Assembly (NCBI GenBank): GCA_009103225.1
Contig: RHPI01002533.1
Location: forward strand, 523,368-587,367
DNA length: 64,000 bases
Direction: 5' to 3'
DNA from: Chlorokybus atmophyticus
Lineage: Eukaryota; Plantae; Mesostigma and Chlorokybus algae
The translations under genes were made by a program, and so were the position numbers. Below the pieces are notes generated by a model that saw nothing but the letters and a program-made list of their open reading frames with translations, did no database searches and had not been told where the DNA came from. Shown here in pieces: positions 23,321-35,800 of this stretch; position 1 is the stretch's first letter; each line of letters starts with the position of its first letter.

Positions 23321-26300
23321 TGGGAGGTTGGAACCACCTATGAGGCGGCGCGGCATGCAGCCGCCTAGTGCAGATGGTGGAGGAGGGCCAGGTGCAGCTG
23401 GGAGCGGTGCAACCTCATCCCCAGGGCGAGCAGTGCGTGAGCATGGGAGGGATAGGGGTGGTGGACGGCGCGGGGGAGGACAGCGGGAGACGACTTCACA
23501 AGGTGAGCTCTTAGAGCGGAGGTTGTACAGGGCCGTTAGGCCAGGTGCAGGTAGCAGTGACCGCCCCACGCCAATGGACGATGGCGACTCGCCCAGCCAC
23601 CCACGCAAGCGTGCCCGCCTTCGACAAGCACGCCGCTCTGTCCGCTCACGCTCAGGCTCTCCGCAGTGCAGCAGCGACCTTGGCATGGCGTCCGGCCCTT
23701 CCTACAGCTCCTCCTCGTCCGATGAAGATCAGCAGCAGACGCCCCTGGCAGCACCCGTCACGCAACGACGGCAGCGCCCCAGCACCTAGCTCCCCTGGCG
23801 ACGGTGGAGGCGGCGACCGCCCCGACCTCCCCGACGACACCGCTAGCGCCCGCTACTGCCATTACTGAGACGACGACGGAGCCGCAGGCTCCGGAGCCAG
23901 CGGGCAAAACTGTGCTCCCAGCATTANNNNNNNNNNNNNNNNNNNNNNNNNNNNNNNNNNNNNNNNNNNNNNNNNNNNNNNNNNNNNNNNNNNNNNNNNN
24001 NNNNNNNNNNNNNNNNNNNNNNNNNNNNNNNNNNNNNNNNNNNNNNNNNNNNNNNNNNNNNNNNNNNNNNNNNNNNNNNNNNNNNNNNNNNNNNNNNNNN
24101 NNNNNNNNNNNNNNNNNNNNNNNNNNNNNNNNNNNNNNNNNNNNNNNNNNNNNNNNNNNNNNNNNNNNNNNNNNNNNNNNNNNNNNNNNNNNNNNNNNNN
24201 NNNNNNNNNNNNNNNNNNNNNNNNNNNNNNNNNNNNNNNNNNNNNNNNNNNNNNNNNNNNNNNNNNNNNNNNNNNNNNNNNNNNNNNNNNNNNNNNNNNN
24301 NNNNNNNNNNNNNNNNNNNNNNNNNNNNNNNNNNNNNNNNNNNNNNNNNNNNNNNNNNNNNNNNNNNNNNNNNNNNNNNNNNNNNNNNNNNNNNNNNNNN
24401 NNNGCAGCGGCGGCGCCGCTGGCCCGCCATACGTTGGATCCCGGACCCGATCGTGCGGCCTGCGACGAGGCGCCTCGGGCCACTCAAGCATGTCCCGCGG
24501 TCCCTGCTGCAGCGCCACCAACACCTGCCAGGCTGCCGGCGGCTGCCGATGAGCCGAATTCGTCATCGTCTCCAGCGGCTGTGCCTGCTGCGCGCCGAGG
24601 CGGCCGAGGCCCCAGGGCGCGCCTGGATGCGCCACCTTTTGGATCTGGCGACCCGTCGATACCCTCTCCCGATCGAGGTGGTGGCCGCTGCGACTTGTGC
24701 AGCCGCATTTGCGCCACTGCAGCAGGATTGGCCGCCCACACCCGAGCTTGCTAAGCCCGCCGAGATTCTGCTGCGCGCGCGCAGGCAGCCGTTCCTGCTG
24801 CCTCAGCACGCCACATGCCGCCTGTTCCGCCCTCGGCTACGGCCTGGCAGTGGCTACGTGGCCGCGACTTAACCGCGGACCTCCTACCTAACGGCGCCTA
24901 AAACTTGTTGCATGTGCCTTACGGCGCGCGCATTGATGTGTCACGCTGTGCGGCGCTGGCTTTAGTGCGCATCCTGGCGTCTCCAGCCGAATTGGACGGC
25001 TGGAACTTGTGGCTGCTTTTGCCACGACTTCTACTGACGGCATGCCACGATCAAGACCAGCGACGCGTCAAAGCTACCGTCCGTGACCGTTGCCGGCGAT
25101 TTGATTCAGGCGACTGGGAAGGATTGAAGGCCGATCGTATCGCGGCTGCGGCTGCAGCAGCAACACACCGCATATCGACGGAAGCGGCGGTCAATCGTCG
25201 CCCATTAGACTGAAATGTTCGCCGTGCCATTGCACTCGCCCACGCAGGCCAGCTGAACAGAGCTGCCGCGGCACTGACTCCGTCCTCGCCAGCACCGGCC
25301 AACGACGCAATAGTGGCTGCTTTGTGCCGTCTCCATCCGGTCCCAGCTGCTCCTGTACCTGCTTGGGTGCCTGATTTTGTGCCGGCCGAAGTGGTCGAAT
25401 TTTCCGCCACTAATTTGAGGGACAGCCTGCTCACGGCGCGCCGTCTCACTGCTCCTGGTCTGTCCGGGTGGACGTACAAACACATGCGTAACATCCTGCT
25501 AGCGGGCGCCACGCACACGTCGACGTGGCATCAATATTATAACGTCTATCAGCTGCTGGTGACCGGGTTGGTCCCGGCGTCGGTGGCGTCCGCTCTAGCC
25601 ACGTCATCTTTATCAGCCCTTTGCAAAGACCCGGCTTCGGCTGCTGCGGGTGTCCGTCCGATCGCAGTGGGAGATGTCCTGCAGCGCCTAGTGGCACGCT
25701 TCTTGCTGGCTCAAGACCGCCCGGCGTTGGCTGGTTTTTTCAAGCCATGGCAGTATGACGTGGCCACAAGATCTGGAGCAGCTCGTGGCGCACGGCCTAT
25801 GCGTCTGGTCCGAGGCGCATCGAGACAATGTCATCTTGCGGTTGGATAGTTCCAATGCTTTCAACACCGCTGACCGCGCAGTAATGTTCGCGGAGCTCCG
25901 AGATTATCCCTTCGCGGGTTACATTCCGTTTGTCAGATTGTAGTACGGCACCCCGTCCAGCCTGTGGAATCGGCGTGGCGCGGACGTCATTGCCAGCCTA
26001 TATATTCGACGGGAACCAGACAAGGGGATCCATCGGCGGGTGTTCTTTATGCTTTGGTGCACACCCGCGTGGTGGCCCATGTGCTGCCAAATTACCGCTG
26101 TGCACGCGCTGTCGTGTTCGCTGATGACACTTTCCTGGTCGCCCCCCCTGACGAGGTGACAGCAGCATCACGTGCGCTCACGGCGGAGATGGCGTCCGTG
26201 GGCCTCCACATCGCCCTCCACAAATCGGCCGCTTATAGCGCTGACGCAGCCGCCTTGCGATTGCTCGAGGTGGAGGCCAGCGTCGCGCGTTGCAATAATG

Positions 26301-27760
26301 GCCTCGTAGCCCTGGGTGTGCCGCTTGGTACGGTATCTTTTACGGAGGCGCATTGCCAGAAGACCTTGCAGGCTTTTGTGGACAATCTGCCGGCCATTCA
26401 GGCCTTGCCGGACACACAAGTGGCGGTGCTACTGCTAACTAAGTGCGTGGCGGCACGCCCAGGCTACCTCATACGTACGGTCGCCCCATCACGGCCTTCC
26501 GGTCGGCTTTGGCATCTTTTGACGGCGCGCTTCAAGGTGTGGTCCGAGCCCTGATGAAGTCGCCCGCGTGGCCGGCAGCGTCGCACCGTGCTGAGCGCGT
26601 GATGGCCCGGATCTTGCTGCCCATCCGATCGGGCGGTCTAGGGTTGCGCTGCAACTACCTGCATGCACCCGCGGCTTACGTCGGCGGATGGGCCGCAGCG
26701 GCATGCCAGCTGCGCCGCCGTTTCACCGCCCCTGCATCACCGCCTTTCGTCCACGCCATCGACAACGCCGACGTCGGCGTTTTGCCTTTTCAGCGCGATT
26801 TGAGAGCTGCAACGCAGCCGCTGCCATCATCACGCCACACAATTCCGCCTTTTTCGGCATTGGCGCGCGCGGAAGCGCGGAAGCTGCAGGAGGACATCTC
26901 CGCCACCGTCGACGCCGCGTTGGTCGACCAATTCAATGCCACCCCGACTACCGCCGACAGGGCGCGGCGCCAATCAGCTTCGGGTGTCGGTGCTGACGCG
27001 TGGCTGTCGTCCTTGCCACTTTTCTCGGCACTACGCATTTCCGCCGACATCTTCCGGACCGCGCTCAGGACGCTGCTAAAACTGCCGCACCCACTGTTGG
27101 TCAACGTCGAGCACTGCTTATGCGGGGGGCCGCTCACGGCCGAGGGCGCGCACCTACTCCGCTGCCCCTTGGGGAGGTGCCGCACGGCAACGCATGACGC
27201 GTTGCGCGATGAGGTATATGGTGTGATGCGTGACGCAGGGTTTTTGGTCAGTAGGGAGCAGAGCGGTTTTATGCCGATACTGCCGGGTGAGACGAGGGGG
27301 AGGCGGGTGGACTTGGTGGCCTCCGAACCCGGTCGAGATACGCGCATGCTCTTGGATGTCACAATCACCGCATGCGGCGAGCAACAGGGAGGCGCAGCGA
27401 AGGCGGCGAAGCAGGTGAAGCGGCGGAAACACAACGATCACCTTGCCGCCGACACTTTCCATCCCCTCGCCGCCGAGACGCACTGCACCCTGGGCCAGAG
27501 TTTTCACGACGTCATTGACACATGCGCTAGGAGGGCACTGGCTGCATGTGACCTGCCATTGCGCAGGCTATCGGGCTACTTGGCTCTGTACCGGCAGCGC
27601 GTGTCATGCGCGCTGCAGCGCGCCCAGGGCATCACCATCCTTGAGCTGGGGGTGGCAGTCGTAGCGGCAGTACCAGGCCGGGGTCCGGTCCAGACGGCGG
27701 CGCCAACAGCGGAAGCGGACGCTGTACTGGCAGCTGCGGCAGTGTAGTTGTGTAGGCGTG
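23320..27760 (+). mobile_element. CRE/Zepp-like RLE non-LTR retrotransposon, copy 2: near full length but decayed (N-terminal Zn finger, RT, CCHC, RLE)
   Basis: CDLC....AGLAAHTRAC; APGLSGW; GVRPIAVGDVLQRL; LDSSNAFN; GTRQGDP; VFADD; LPIRSGGLG; CLCG..HLLRC...HD; RRVDL; LDVT; FHPLAAET. Frameshifts and stops are present, with an N gap at 23927-24403. Confidence 0.9.
23927..24403. other. Assembly gap (N run)
   Basis: Contiguous N characters. Confidence 0.99.
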
Positions 27761-29450
27761 CTTGCATGCCGCTGACATGCATGTGAGTATGCTTGTGCGA
27801 CAATAGGCAGGGATGACAGTATTTCGCTTGGTGTGACGATTTTGCTGTTAGTAGAGAGTAGTATGTGTGCTACAGCACACCCACCGAAGAAGGCGGCTAG
27901 CGCTACAAGGGCCGTTTGCCACAGCCACACGCCTGCCATCGACACTGGCAACGAAAACTGCATGCGCACCTGCGAGACGTGTGCAATTGCCAACCCCTTC
28001 AAGTCAAAAGGTCACAAAATGCGTGCTCAATGGCTAAGTCAAAAGCGCTCAACTGCGCTTGAAAAGTAGCGGTTGGGACAACTGTACGCATTAAATAGGA
28101 AGCTCTCATCGCCAAGCACCTCGATAACATGTATATGGCCATGCTGTTGTACAACAGCATGGCCATATGTGTGTCCCCGAGCTCTCGCAGCAAAGGAAGC
28201 AACTGCATGGTAGCATGTAACCTGCTCTCACAAAATGCAGACACGAAAGCCTTTCGTGTCGCTGAGCAGCAGAGCCAGTCGGGACCCCCAATGCCGACCC
28301 CTCCGTCGTCCGTCGCACCCGAGATGGTAGCTGCAAGGCCCCCAACGCCTCCGAAGAGCTGCCAACATACGTCTTGGGGAGGGTAGTCTGTGGGCCCACA
28401 GCTCTCAACTCCGAACGCGTCCTCGCGTGCCGCGACGACAGCAGCCGGTGGCCCAAACAGGAAAAGGTCGTCCGTTAAGGGGGGAGCAATGACCGATGAG
28501 TGGCGCACAATAGCACGGGACACTGCACGGGTATGCACCAACGCATAGAGAAAGCAGGATTGTGGGTCACCATGCCTGATACCTATCGCTGAAGCAATGG
28601 CCACCACCCTGGTTCGACAGAGGTACAGCAAGCTAGACGGGTGTGCATACAGCATCCTGACGAAGGGGATGTAGTGCTGAAAGGGAGAAGAGCGAAACTC
28701 CTCAAAGAGCACTGCGCGATCCACCGTGTTGAAGGCATTGGCGACGTCCATTTGAAGCAGCAGGAAGTCTGCATGTGCCTGCACCATCGCTCGCACGCCG
28801 TGTGCCACGATCGCAGCTCCAGACTTTGTTGCCACAGCATACTATAGAGGCTCAAAGGACTCCGCCATTTGTGTGTGGTCAAAGGCAAACAAGGCGCGCG
28901 CCACCCAAGGCGATAGGCCTCACACCTGCAGTCTCAACCATAGGGTCCTTCCGCAGAGCCAACAACATGGACAAAGCCATGGCAGAAGCCGCAATACGTG
29001 TAGGAACTTGGCCAGCCGCCATGAAGCCGCACACCCGCAACAGCAGTAACCGAGCAGAGGAGTGGGTGGTACCGTCGAAGAACAGCTCGCACGGATGCTC
29101 GTATGTTCAGCCTGAAGGTCCCCTTGCTGCTCGTCGCTGAAAAAACGCCAACGCATTGCGGAACAGGTTGAAGTCCAACTCCACAGCCACCTCAAGATTA
29201 AATGAAGCCATCCACGACGGGATCTCCAAAGAGGCCTGAGGATGTAGTCGCCGTAACTCGTCTATTGTGGCATCTGAATCTGCGGCGGGCATACTCGGTG
29301 ACAATGCAGCTGGTGCACGACTGAGCTGTCTTGCTTTGGTGAGCATGCGGGCACGACGCAACCGATACTGCACAGAGTCGGGTGGGCCACTGTCGCGCCG
29401 TGTTCTTGCCCTCGCAGCCAGCGTTGCTGCTGCCTGATGCTCAATGAGTA
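27760..29450 (-). pseudogene. CRE/Zepp-like retrotransposon, copy 3: RT-region fragment, tail-to-tail with copy 2
   Basis: AARGPSG; QMDVANAFNTVDRA; IPFVRMLY; GIRHGDP; TDDLFLFG; ALGVP.G; FSLPVSMAGV (equivalent to LPIRSGGLG). Confidence 0.85.
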
Positions 29451-29599
29451 GAAACTGCTATACTCTAGCCTCAAAGTGCCTGCACATGTTAAGTAGCTAA
29501 CGTACCGCCTGTCCACTAGCGCCTCCACGTGGCAAAGATGACAATACCAAACGTGGAAACATCAGCCATAACACCCATCATGTCTCATCTGCTGGGTGG

Positions 29600-31250
29600 T
29601 TACAGATGCGCTGCAATGCCATGAAAAGCCTGCTCATGTTGCTACCACGCTGCAATTTCAGATGTTTATTGAATTAATTCATTAATTCACATGAGTAAGC
29701 AATCAAGCTCGTGCTAAGCTAGGCTTATTGCCTACACCAATCCATGGTTACAACAAGCTGCTCGGTGTGCAACTTGATGTCAGTTGAGGCCATTGTTGCG
29801 TTTATAGCAGATGCAGATTTTCAAGCTCCATCGCAAAACATACGCTATTTCAAAAACAATTCACGACACCAACACCAGACGAATGGCACCATTTGCCGAT
29901 ATGCAATTGTTACCAACATCAAGACAAGGATTGCGCAGGAAACAGCTCAAATAAAGCATTCTAATGCACGTCTAGGTGGACCATGATTACGTATACCAAC
30001 TCGAGCTCCCTTACTTCATACATTTTATATATGCTGGAATTGGTTGGCATGCCCTTTTAATTGCCATTGGCAAGGAGACTGATGTCTTTTAAACTAATGC
30101 CTTTAAATCACATACTAAATGCAATTGATGTTGCTATTGGCTGCAAATTATTGTTATTTCACAACCGTTAGCGATAATGGTGACGGCATGCTGCAGTATT
30201 TACCATGAAGGCTTGCTGAAAGAAAGGTAGGATTGTGATAAGGCAACAAAATATACTCATATGATTACTTATTGGTCTTCTATATGGCCATGGTGCCTGA
30301 AGCTATACCGGAGTCACTTGTTAAACGATAACACAATGTAATGTTGATGAAACATAATGCGCATATAAATCCAAAGGCAAGAGAATTGAAATATATTAAA
30401 CTATAATTCACTATTTGACTAATCATCAATCATTTTAAATTTACATTGTATGTGATAATGCGTGTGATTTCATTGATATGTAGAAACATGATCATAGAGG
30501 TAACTTTGGGATTATTGGCATTATTTGTAAATCGTTATTAGTTTAGGTTTAACAATTGCGCATTGGTGATATTTTATTTACCACGATTGTATTATTTATT
30601 CTTTATGCAAGCATGGGTATATAATACATACAATGAAGTGGCAACTACATGTCATGCAAAGACTTCGAGGGCTTATAGCAGCGATGTGCACGTTGACAGT
30701 GAGAACGTTAATGTGAATCAAGACTATTTAATATACTTTTCTTACAAGCTAAAACTTGTAACTTGTTATATAAGAAGAGGGCTGTTTAGATTAGAAATCA
30801 ACTGCTATAACCAAGTTGCGATTCAAGCGTATGAATGTGATTATAATAAGTAAAACTATATCCACCTACATCTTTTGCATACAAATAAACATGAGATTTG
30901 TACATGCATTGCACTATTCGTTGCATTCAATCGATACCAATGCACGTAATGAATCTTCGCTTATCATATCGAAATCTCTTCTGACCAAGAGGACGAGACC
31001 CCGCAGTAGGAGATCTTAACATCATCATTTTTCTCTTACACGAAGGGTGCATCATAAATTGCGTTGATGTGCATGTTTTATACGCATTATTTTGTTACTA
31101 GATAAGCAAATAGTTTACAAATGTAACATGTCACAGCATCACATAGTATCTCACGGTATAAAGTTGCGTGTTGTTTGTAACGCAACTTCGATGTAAGAGC
31201 ATAATCCTTACATTAAGGACACAGACCCTTTTTGTAAAAGATAAATAGTA
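29600..31250. other. AT-rich non-coding island of unknown origin
   Basis: Markedly AT-richer than host introns, with no credible ORF. Confidence 0.4.
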
Positions 31251-31914
31251 GGATATAAAGGTGTCTCTTAGACGAGGTCATACTGTAGTACGCAATCACG
31301 ATACGCCGTTTCGTACTGAACGATACGCCATTTGCGACCGTCACTATGACGGCGTCACATCATGTGACTCATGCCTTTATAACAAATTGCCACATCATTC
31401 GTGTGGCCGAGACAACCCTGAGCAGCGTGACTTAACCCTGAGGGGCTGTTTACAGTTGAGGTTAAAGCTCCGCGATTAGCGGACGTGGCGGTGCACATTT
31501 TGCTAACCGCCAAATACACCGTTTACAATAGGCGATTAGGCCGTCGGTTAGCGTCCAGGCGCTTAACCTTGACGCCAGCGTGGCACAATACCATGCAGTG
31601 CTTGGTTTATATTTTTTAAATCACCTCTCCAGGGGCTTCAAGAAAAGTTAAGACGAGCGCGGGTGTGAAGCTCTCGTCTGGTAGGTCCACAGTCGCGGCG
31701 ACGGTAATAATGGTTATGGATGCGCCGTTTTTGCTGTAGTTAACATGATCTAAATCTTGACAAATCAAAAAAACCGGCAAATTGCACTCACAGCTAACCT
31801 AACTATGACCGCCCTGATTTGAATGCTCCGGCCTGATTCAAGGTAACCTCTACCAATGTGGCAAGGTTAGGCGCTGACCTTAGCGCCGGTAACCTTGGAT
31901 GTGAACAGCCCCTC

Positions 31915-31998
31915 GCAGTCAGGCGGCCCGAGCAGCTGCTGTGGGGAAAGTATAAACTCACCAATGTCTATGGTTTTTCGTGCATGTCGACGGCGACG
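31915..31998 (+). repeat. Left arm of a diverged inverted repeat shared with 47497-47595
   Basis: GCAGTCAGGCGGCCCGAGCAGCT (31915-31937) matches the reverse complement of 47573-47595 at 22/23. Collinear TGGTTT..CATGTCGAC follows, and GTCGACGGCGACG is also shared. Confidence 0.6.
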
Positions 31999-32145
31999 GA
32001 AGGTGATCGGTCTCACGGTGTCGATGACGATGTAGGTCGATCTGTCTAATCACGTCGATGTGGACAAGCGCAGACGAATTTTGTTGAGACCGCTTGTGAC
32101 GACGCCGACTCATGTGTCAATGTGTGAAGGGGGGATTAGGCCAAG

Positions 32146-32184
32146 TTAGGGTTTTTGAGGGTTTCCCGCCGGTATTTTCCCGCC
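32146..32184 (+). promoter_or_regulatory. Telo-box-like motif plus two tandem E2F-like sites
   Basis: TTAGGGTTT at 32146-32154; TTTCCCGCC at 32162-32170 and 32176-32184 (E2F consensus TTTSSCGC). Confidence 0.4.
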
Positions 32185-32809
32185 AGGGCCACTTCTGGTG
32201 ACCCAAGTTGTAGGCGGTGGGGTTGGTGGCGGCGGCGGCGGCGGTGGAGTTGAACGCGGCAGGTGTTGAGAGTATTCCTACATACGATCAGCATCGACCC
32301 TCCACACAGGAGTAGAAGGTCGTAAGGACGAGCACTAGGTCCGGACTTAGCAAGATGGCATCGTCGGACCAAACTCCGGACTCCAGACTAGAGCCTTACT
32401 AACTGCTTCGTATCTCCGCGTATACTTACTCATCTTAGGCGTGTAAGAGCTTGTTGGAAAGCTCTGGTTGTAAGGAAGACAACACAGCTTAGAGCGCGTC
32501 AAAAGGCTGAGTATAGCTTACGCAGTGCTTGCAAACGTAGACGTGTGTGTAACTGGCTGGTATAAGAACCAGTGGTCAACTTGTAATAGATGAATGTGAT
32601 GTGACTTGTGTATGCTCTGGTGGCAGTAGCTCTGTAATTGTGTGTCTATGCTTGCCTCAGCTACATGTGCATGCTAGTCCTTCAACAGGTTATGGGCCCA
32701 CACTACGCTTGAGGAGTGTGAGACTAGCTTGTGTGCATAGTAGTTCTACACTACGGTAGCTTGTTGGTAGCAGAGCCTTGGGTGTCCACTGCAAGAAAGG
32801 CAGGCTCGA

Positions 32810-35800
32810 CAGAATTGGAGGCGACCTACGACAAGGGGCAGATTGCAAATCTGGACACCGACAACTACAGCACATGGTGCGTAGAGATGAAGGCCTTGCT
32901 CATCCACAAGAAGGTGTGGAAGTATGTCGATCCGAAGGCACCAACACCAACACCAGGAGCGAACACTGTGTGGTCAGAGCATTCAGCAGAAGCACACTCT
33001 TTGCTTGTGTTGAACTGCAAACCGCATCACTTTCCCATGCTCATTGCATGTGAAGATGGTAGACAAGCTTGGGAAAAGCTATCAGCCGTTTTCAGAGCCA
33101 AGAACAACGCCAGAAAACTGCAGCTACGCAAGCAGCTGAGCGCACTCAGGAAGGAGGCAGTAGAACCCATCGCAAAATATGTTGCGCGCGCGAGAGAGCT
33201 GTGGGCGGACCTCATCAACGTCGGCCACAACATGGGGGAGACGGAGGTTGTGCTGGCTGTTGTTGCAGGGCTACCAGCAGAGTACGAGGTCGTTGCAACA
33301 CTGCTGGAGACATCGTCATCGGAGCTGACGCTGGACGATGTACTACCGAAGCTGCTCACCGTGAAGCTGAGGGTGATGAAGAAGGACGAGCAAGCTGATG
33401 CCGTGACTTTCTACACCAACAAGCACGGGAAGAAGAGCAACCATGAAGAGAAGAACAAGGGCAACAAGCCGGGCAATCCTCGTCACAAAGATCTCACATG
33501 CCACTGGTGTGGTTGGAAGGGGCACATTGTGAAGGATTGTAGGAAGAAACAACAGGGGCAACGAGCACGAACACAAGGAGAAACATGTCGCCTTCACTGC
33601 ATCCAGTTCGAGGGCGGGCACAGCTTTCTGGGTGGTGGACTCTGGCTGCGATCGTCATCTCACACCAAACAAGGAGGTGATGGAGGGCTACAAGAAGCTG
33701 ACGTCCACAATCAAGGTGGCGGGCTTTGGTGGCTGAGGGAGTTGGCAACGTACGACTCCAGTGCAAGGTTGGTAACACACTACGCGAGGTGTTGTTACGC
33801 AACGTCCTGCATGTTCCTAAGGCTATTGCGAGTCTATTCTCTGTGAGGGTTGCGGAGCGCTTAGGCGCGGAGATCCTATTTCGGAAGGGTGGCTGCACAG
33901 TCATTCTTGATGGGGTCGTGCACATGGTTGGAATCGCTGATCCGGGAGGGCTCTACCACGTGGAGCAGTACCCTAAGGACATTGACATTCAAGCCATGGT
34001 GGTGAAGGACAAGGAGTCGCCAACATTGTGGCATCGAAGGTTCGGGCATCTCAGCTACGTCAACCTCACTCGCCTTGTCGCTGAGAAGATGGTCAAGGGC
34101 ATCCATCTCAGCACAGAAGAACTCAAGACAGCATCAGGTGCACTTTGTGAACCATGTCTGGTTGCAAAGCAGCATGCTATGCCATTCCCATCATCCTCTT
34201 CTAGCAGTCAGCATCCTTGCGAGCTTGTGCACATGGATGTCTGTGGCCCTATGCGCATTGTGGCGAAGGGAGGGGCCAGGTACTTTGCTACATTCCTCGA
34301 CGACTACAGCAAGCTGTCCATCATCTTTCCATTGACGCTCAAGTCAGAAGTTGCTGGAGCTGCGCGCACAGTTGTGGCCTTGTTAGAGAGGCAGTCTAGC
34401 AACAAGATGAAGGCAATGAGGAGTGACCAAGGAGGGGAGTACATCAACAAGGAGTTGAAGGAGTTCTTCACCAGGAAGGGCATACGCCACGAGACAACGG
34501 CACCCTACACCCCGCAGCAAAATGGAGCAGCTGAACGCCTCAACAGGACACTCTTGGAGCGTGTTCGAGCCATGCTCAACGACACAAAGATGGAAGACAG
34601 TTCGTGGAAGGAGGCGGTACTTACTGCCAACTACATCCGCAATAGGTCTCCGGTGAGCTCAGAGCAGAAGACTCCGTGGGAGCACTTCTATGGAGCTACA
34701 CCAGATGTGAGTGGTATGCGTTGTTGACATACACACGTGCAAGTGTCCCACGCGGGCAGCTTGTCCTTCAACATCAGCTCCTCCATTACTCACGCACACC
34801 GCTTGCTCGCACGCAAGCCTTCACCTTTTTTTCTCATGCCTCCATGCTTCTCATGGATGATCTTGAAGTCATTCACTTCCACAGCAACTTGAGCCTCATG
34901 GTTGACCACCAACCTTGCTCCTTGCTGTACATACATGTTGCCTTCATGCACCCGCTGCATCTGTCCTCGTTGACAGTGCCTCCGCCTCTGGTATCAGCCC
35001 ATGACTCCTCTAGTCAACTTGCTTTCCACCACTTGCAGCTCCCACGGGCTCCGCAATCGCAACCTACTTGTGCCTCCTTGTTGCTCATGACCTTGTGGTA
35101 TCTTGAAACTCCATCCTCAACCACCCTTGTCAATGCAGCAACCTTGCGCACACCATGGCCATCTTCATGTCCACGTCCACATGCTTCTGCGTACAGCCTC
35201 CAAGCTTCACGCCTCCAGGATGCTCCATGTCCAGCTTCCAAGTGATCACGCTTCCAGGATGCTCATCACGCTTCCTCGCATGCACCTTCAGCCAAGCACT
35301 CCACATGCTTCAACCAAAGTACCAAGCACTTTACCGTGCTTCACCAAGGACTGCCCTCGCTCCCCTTCTCGGAAGGTCCATCAAACACTCCACCGTGCTC
35401 GACCTCAAGGGTTGCCATCTGCTCCCCTTCCTTCCACCAAGCACATCAACGTGCTTACCACGGGTTGCCTCTCGCATTCCTTAAAGCGCTTCACCACGCT
35501 CCACCAAGTATTCCTCGCACTCAGCAACACGAGCTGACATCTTCAGCTCCCACGTATCAAGGACGCCTCCTCTTCCAAGTACTTCACGTACTCTTCTTCA
35601 CTCACCAGAAGATCTCCATCATCTCCTCCTCTTGGCCCATGTACTTCCGCATTTCCTTGTGGGCCAGTAGTAGCTCCATCTTCACACTCCAAGTGTTGCA
35701 GTCGTCAACGTCCAGTAGTCCAATCGCGATCTTCAAGCTGTCCATGCTAGTGGCCTTGGTTGGTTGCCCTCTCTGCTCACAGACCTCACAACCCCACACT

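Noticed and set aside
17610-23926. Exact 24-nt match GGCAAAACTGTGCTCCCAGCATTA at 17610-17633 and 23903-23926
   Set aside because: The second copy ends exactly at an N gap, so gap-edge mis-extension is more likely than a biological repeat. It should be checked with reads.
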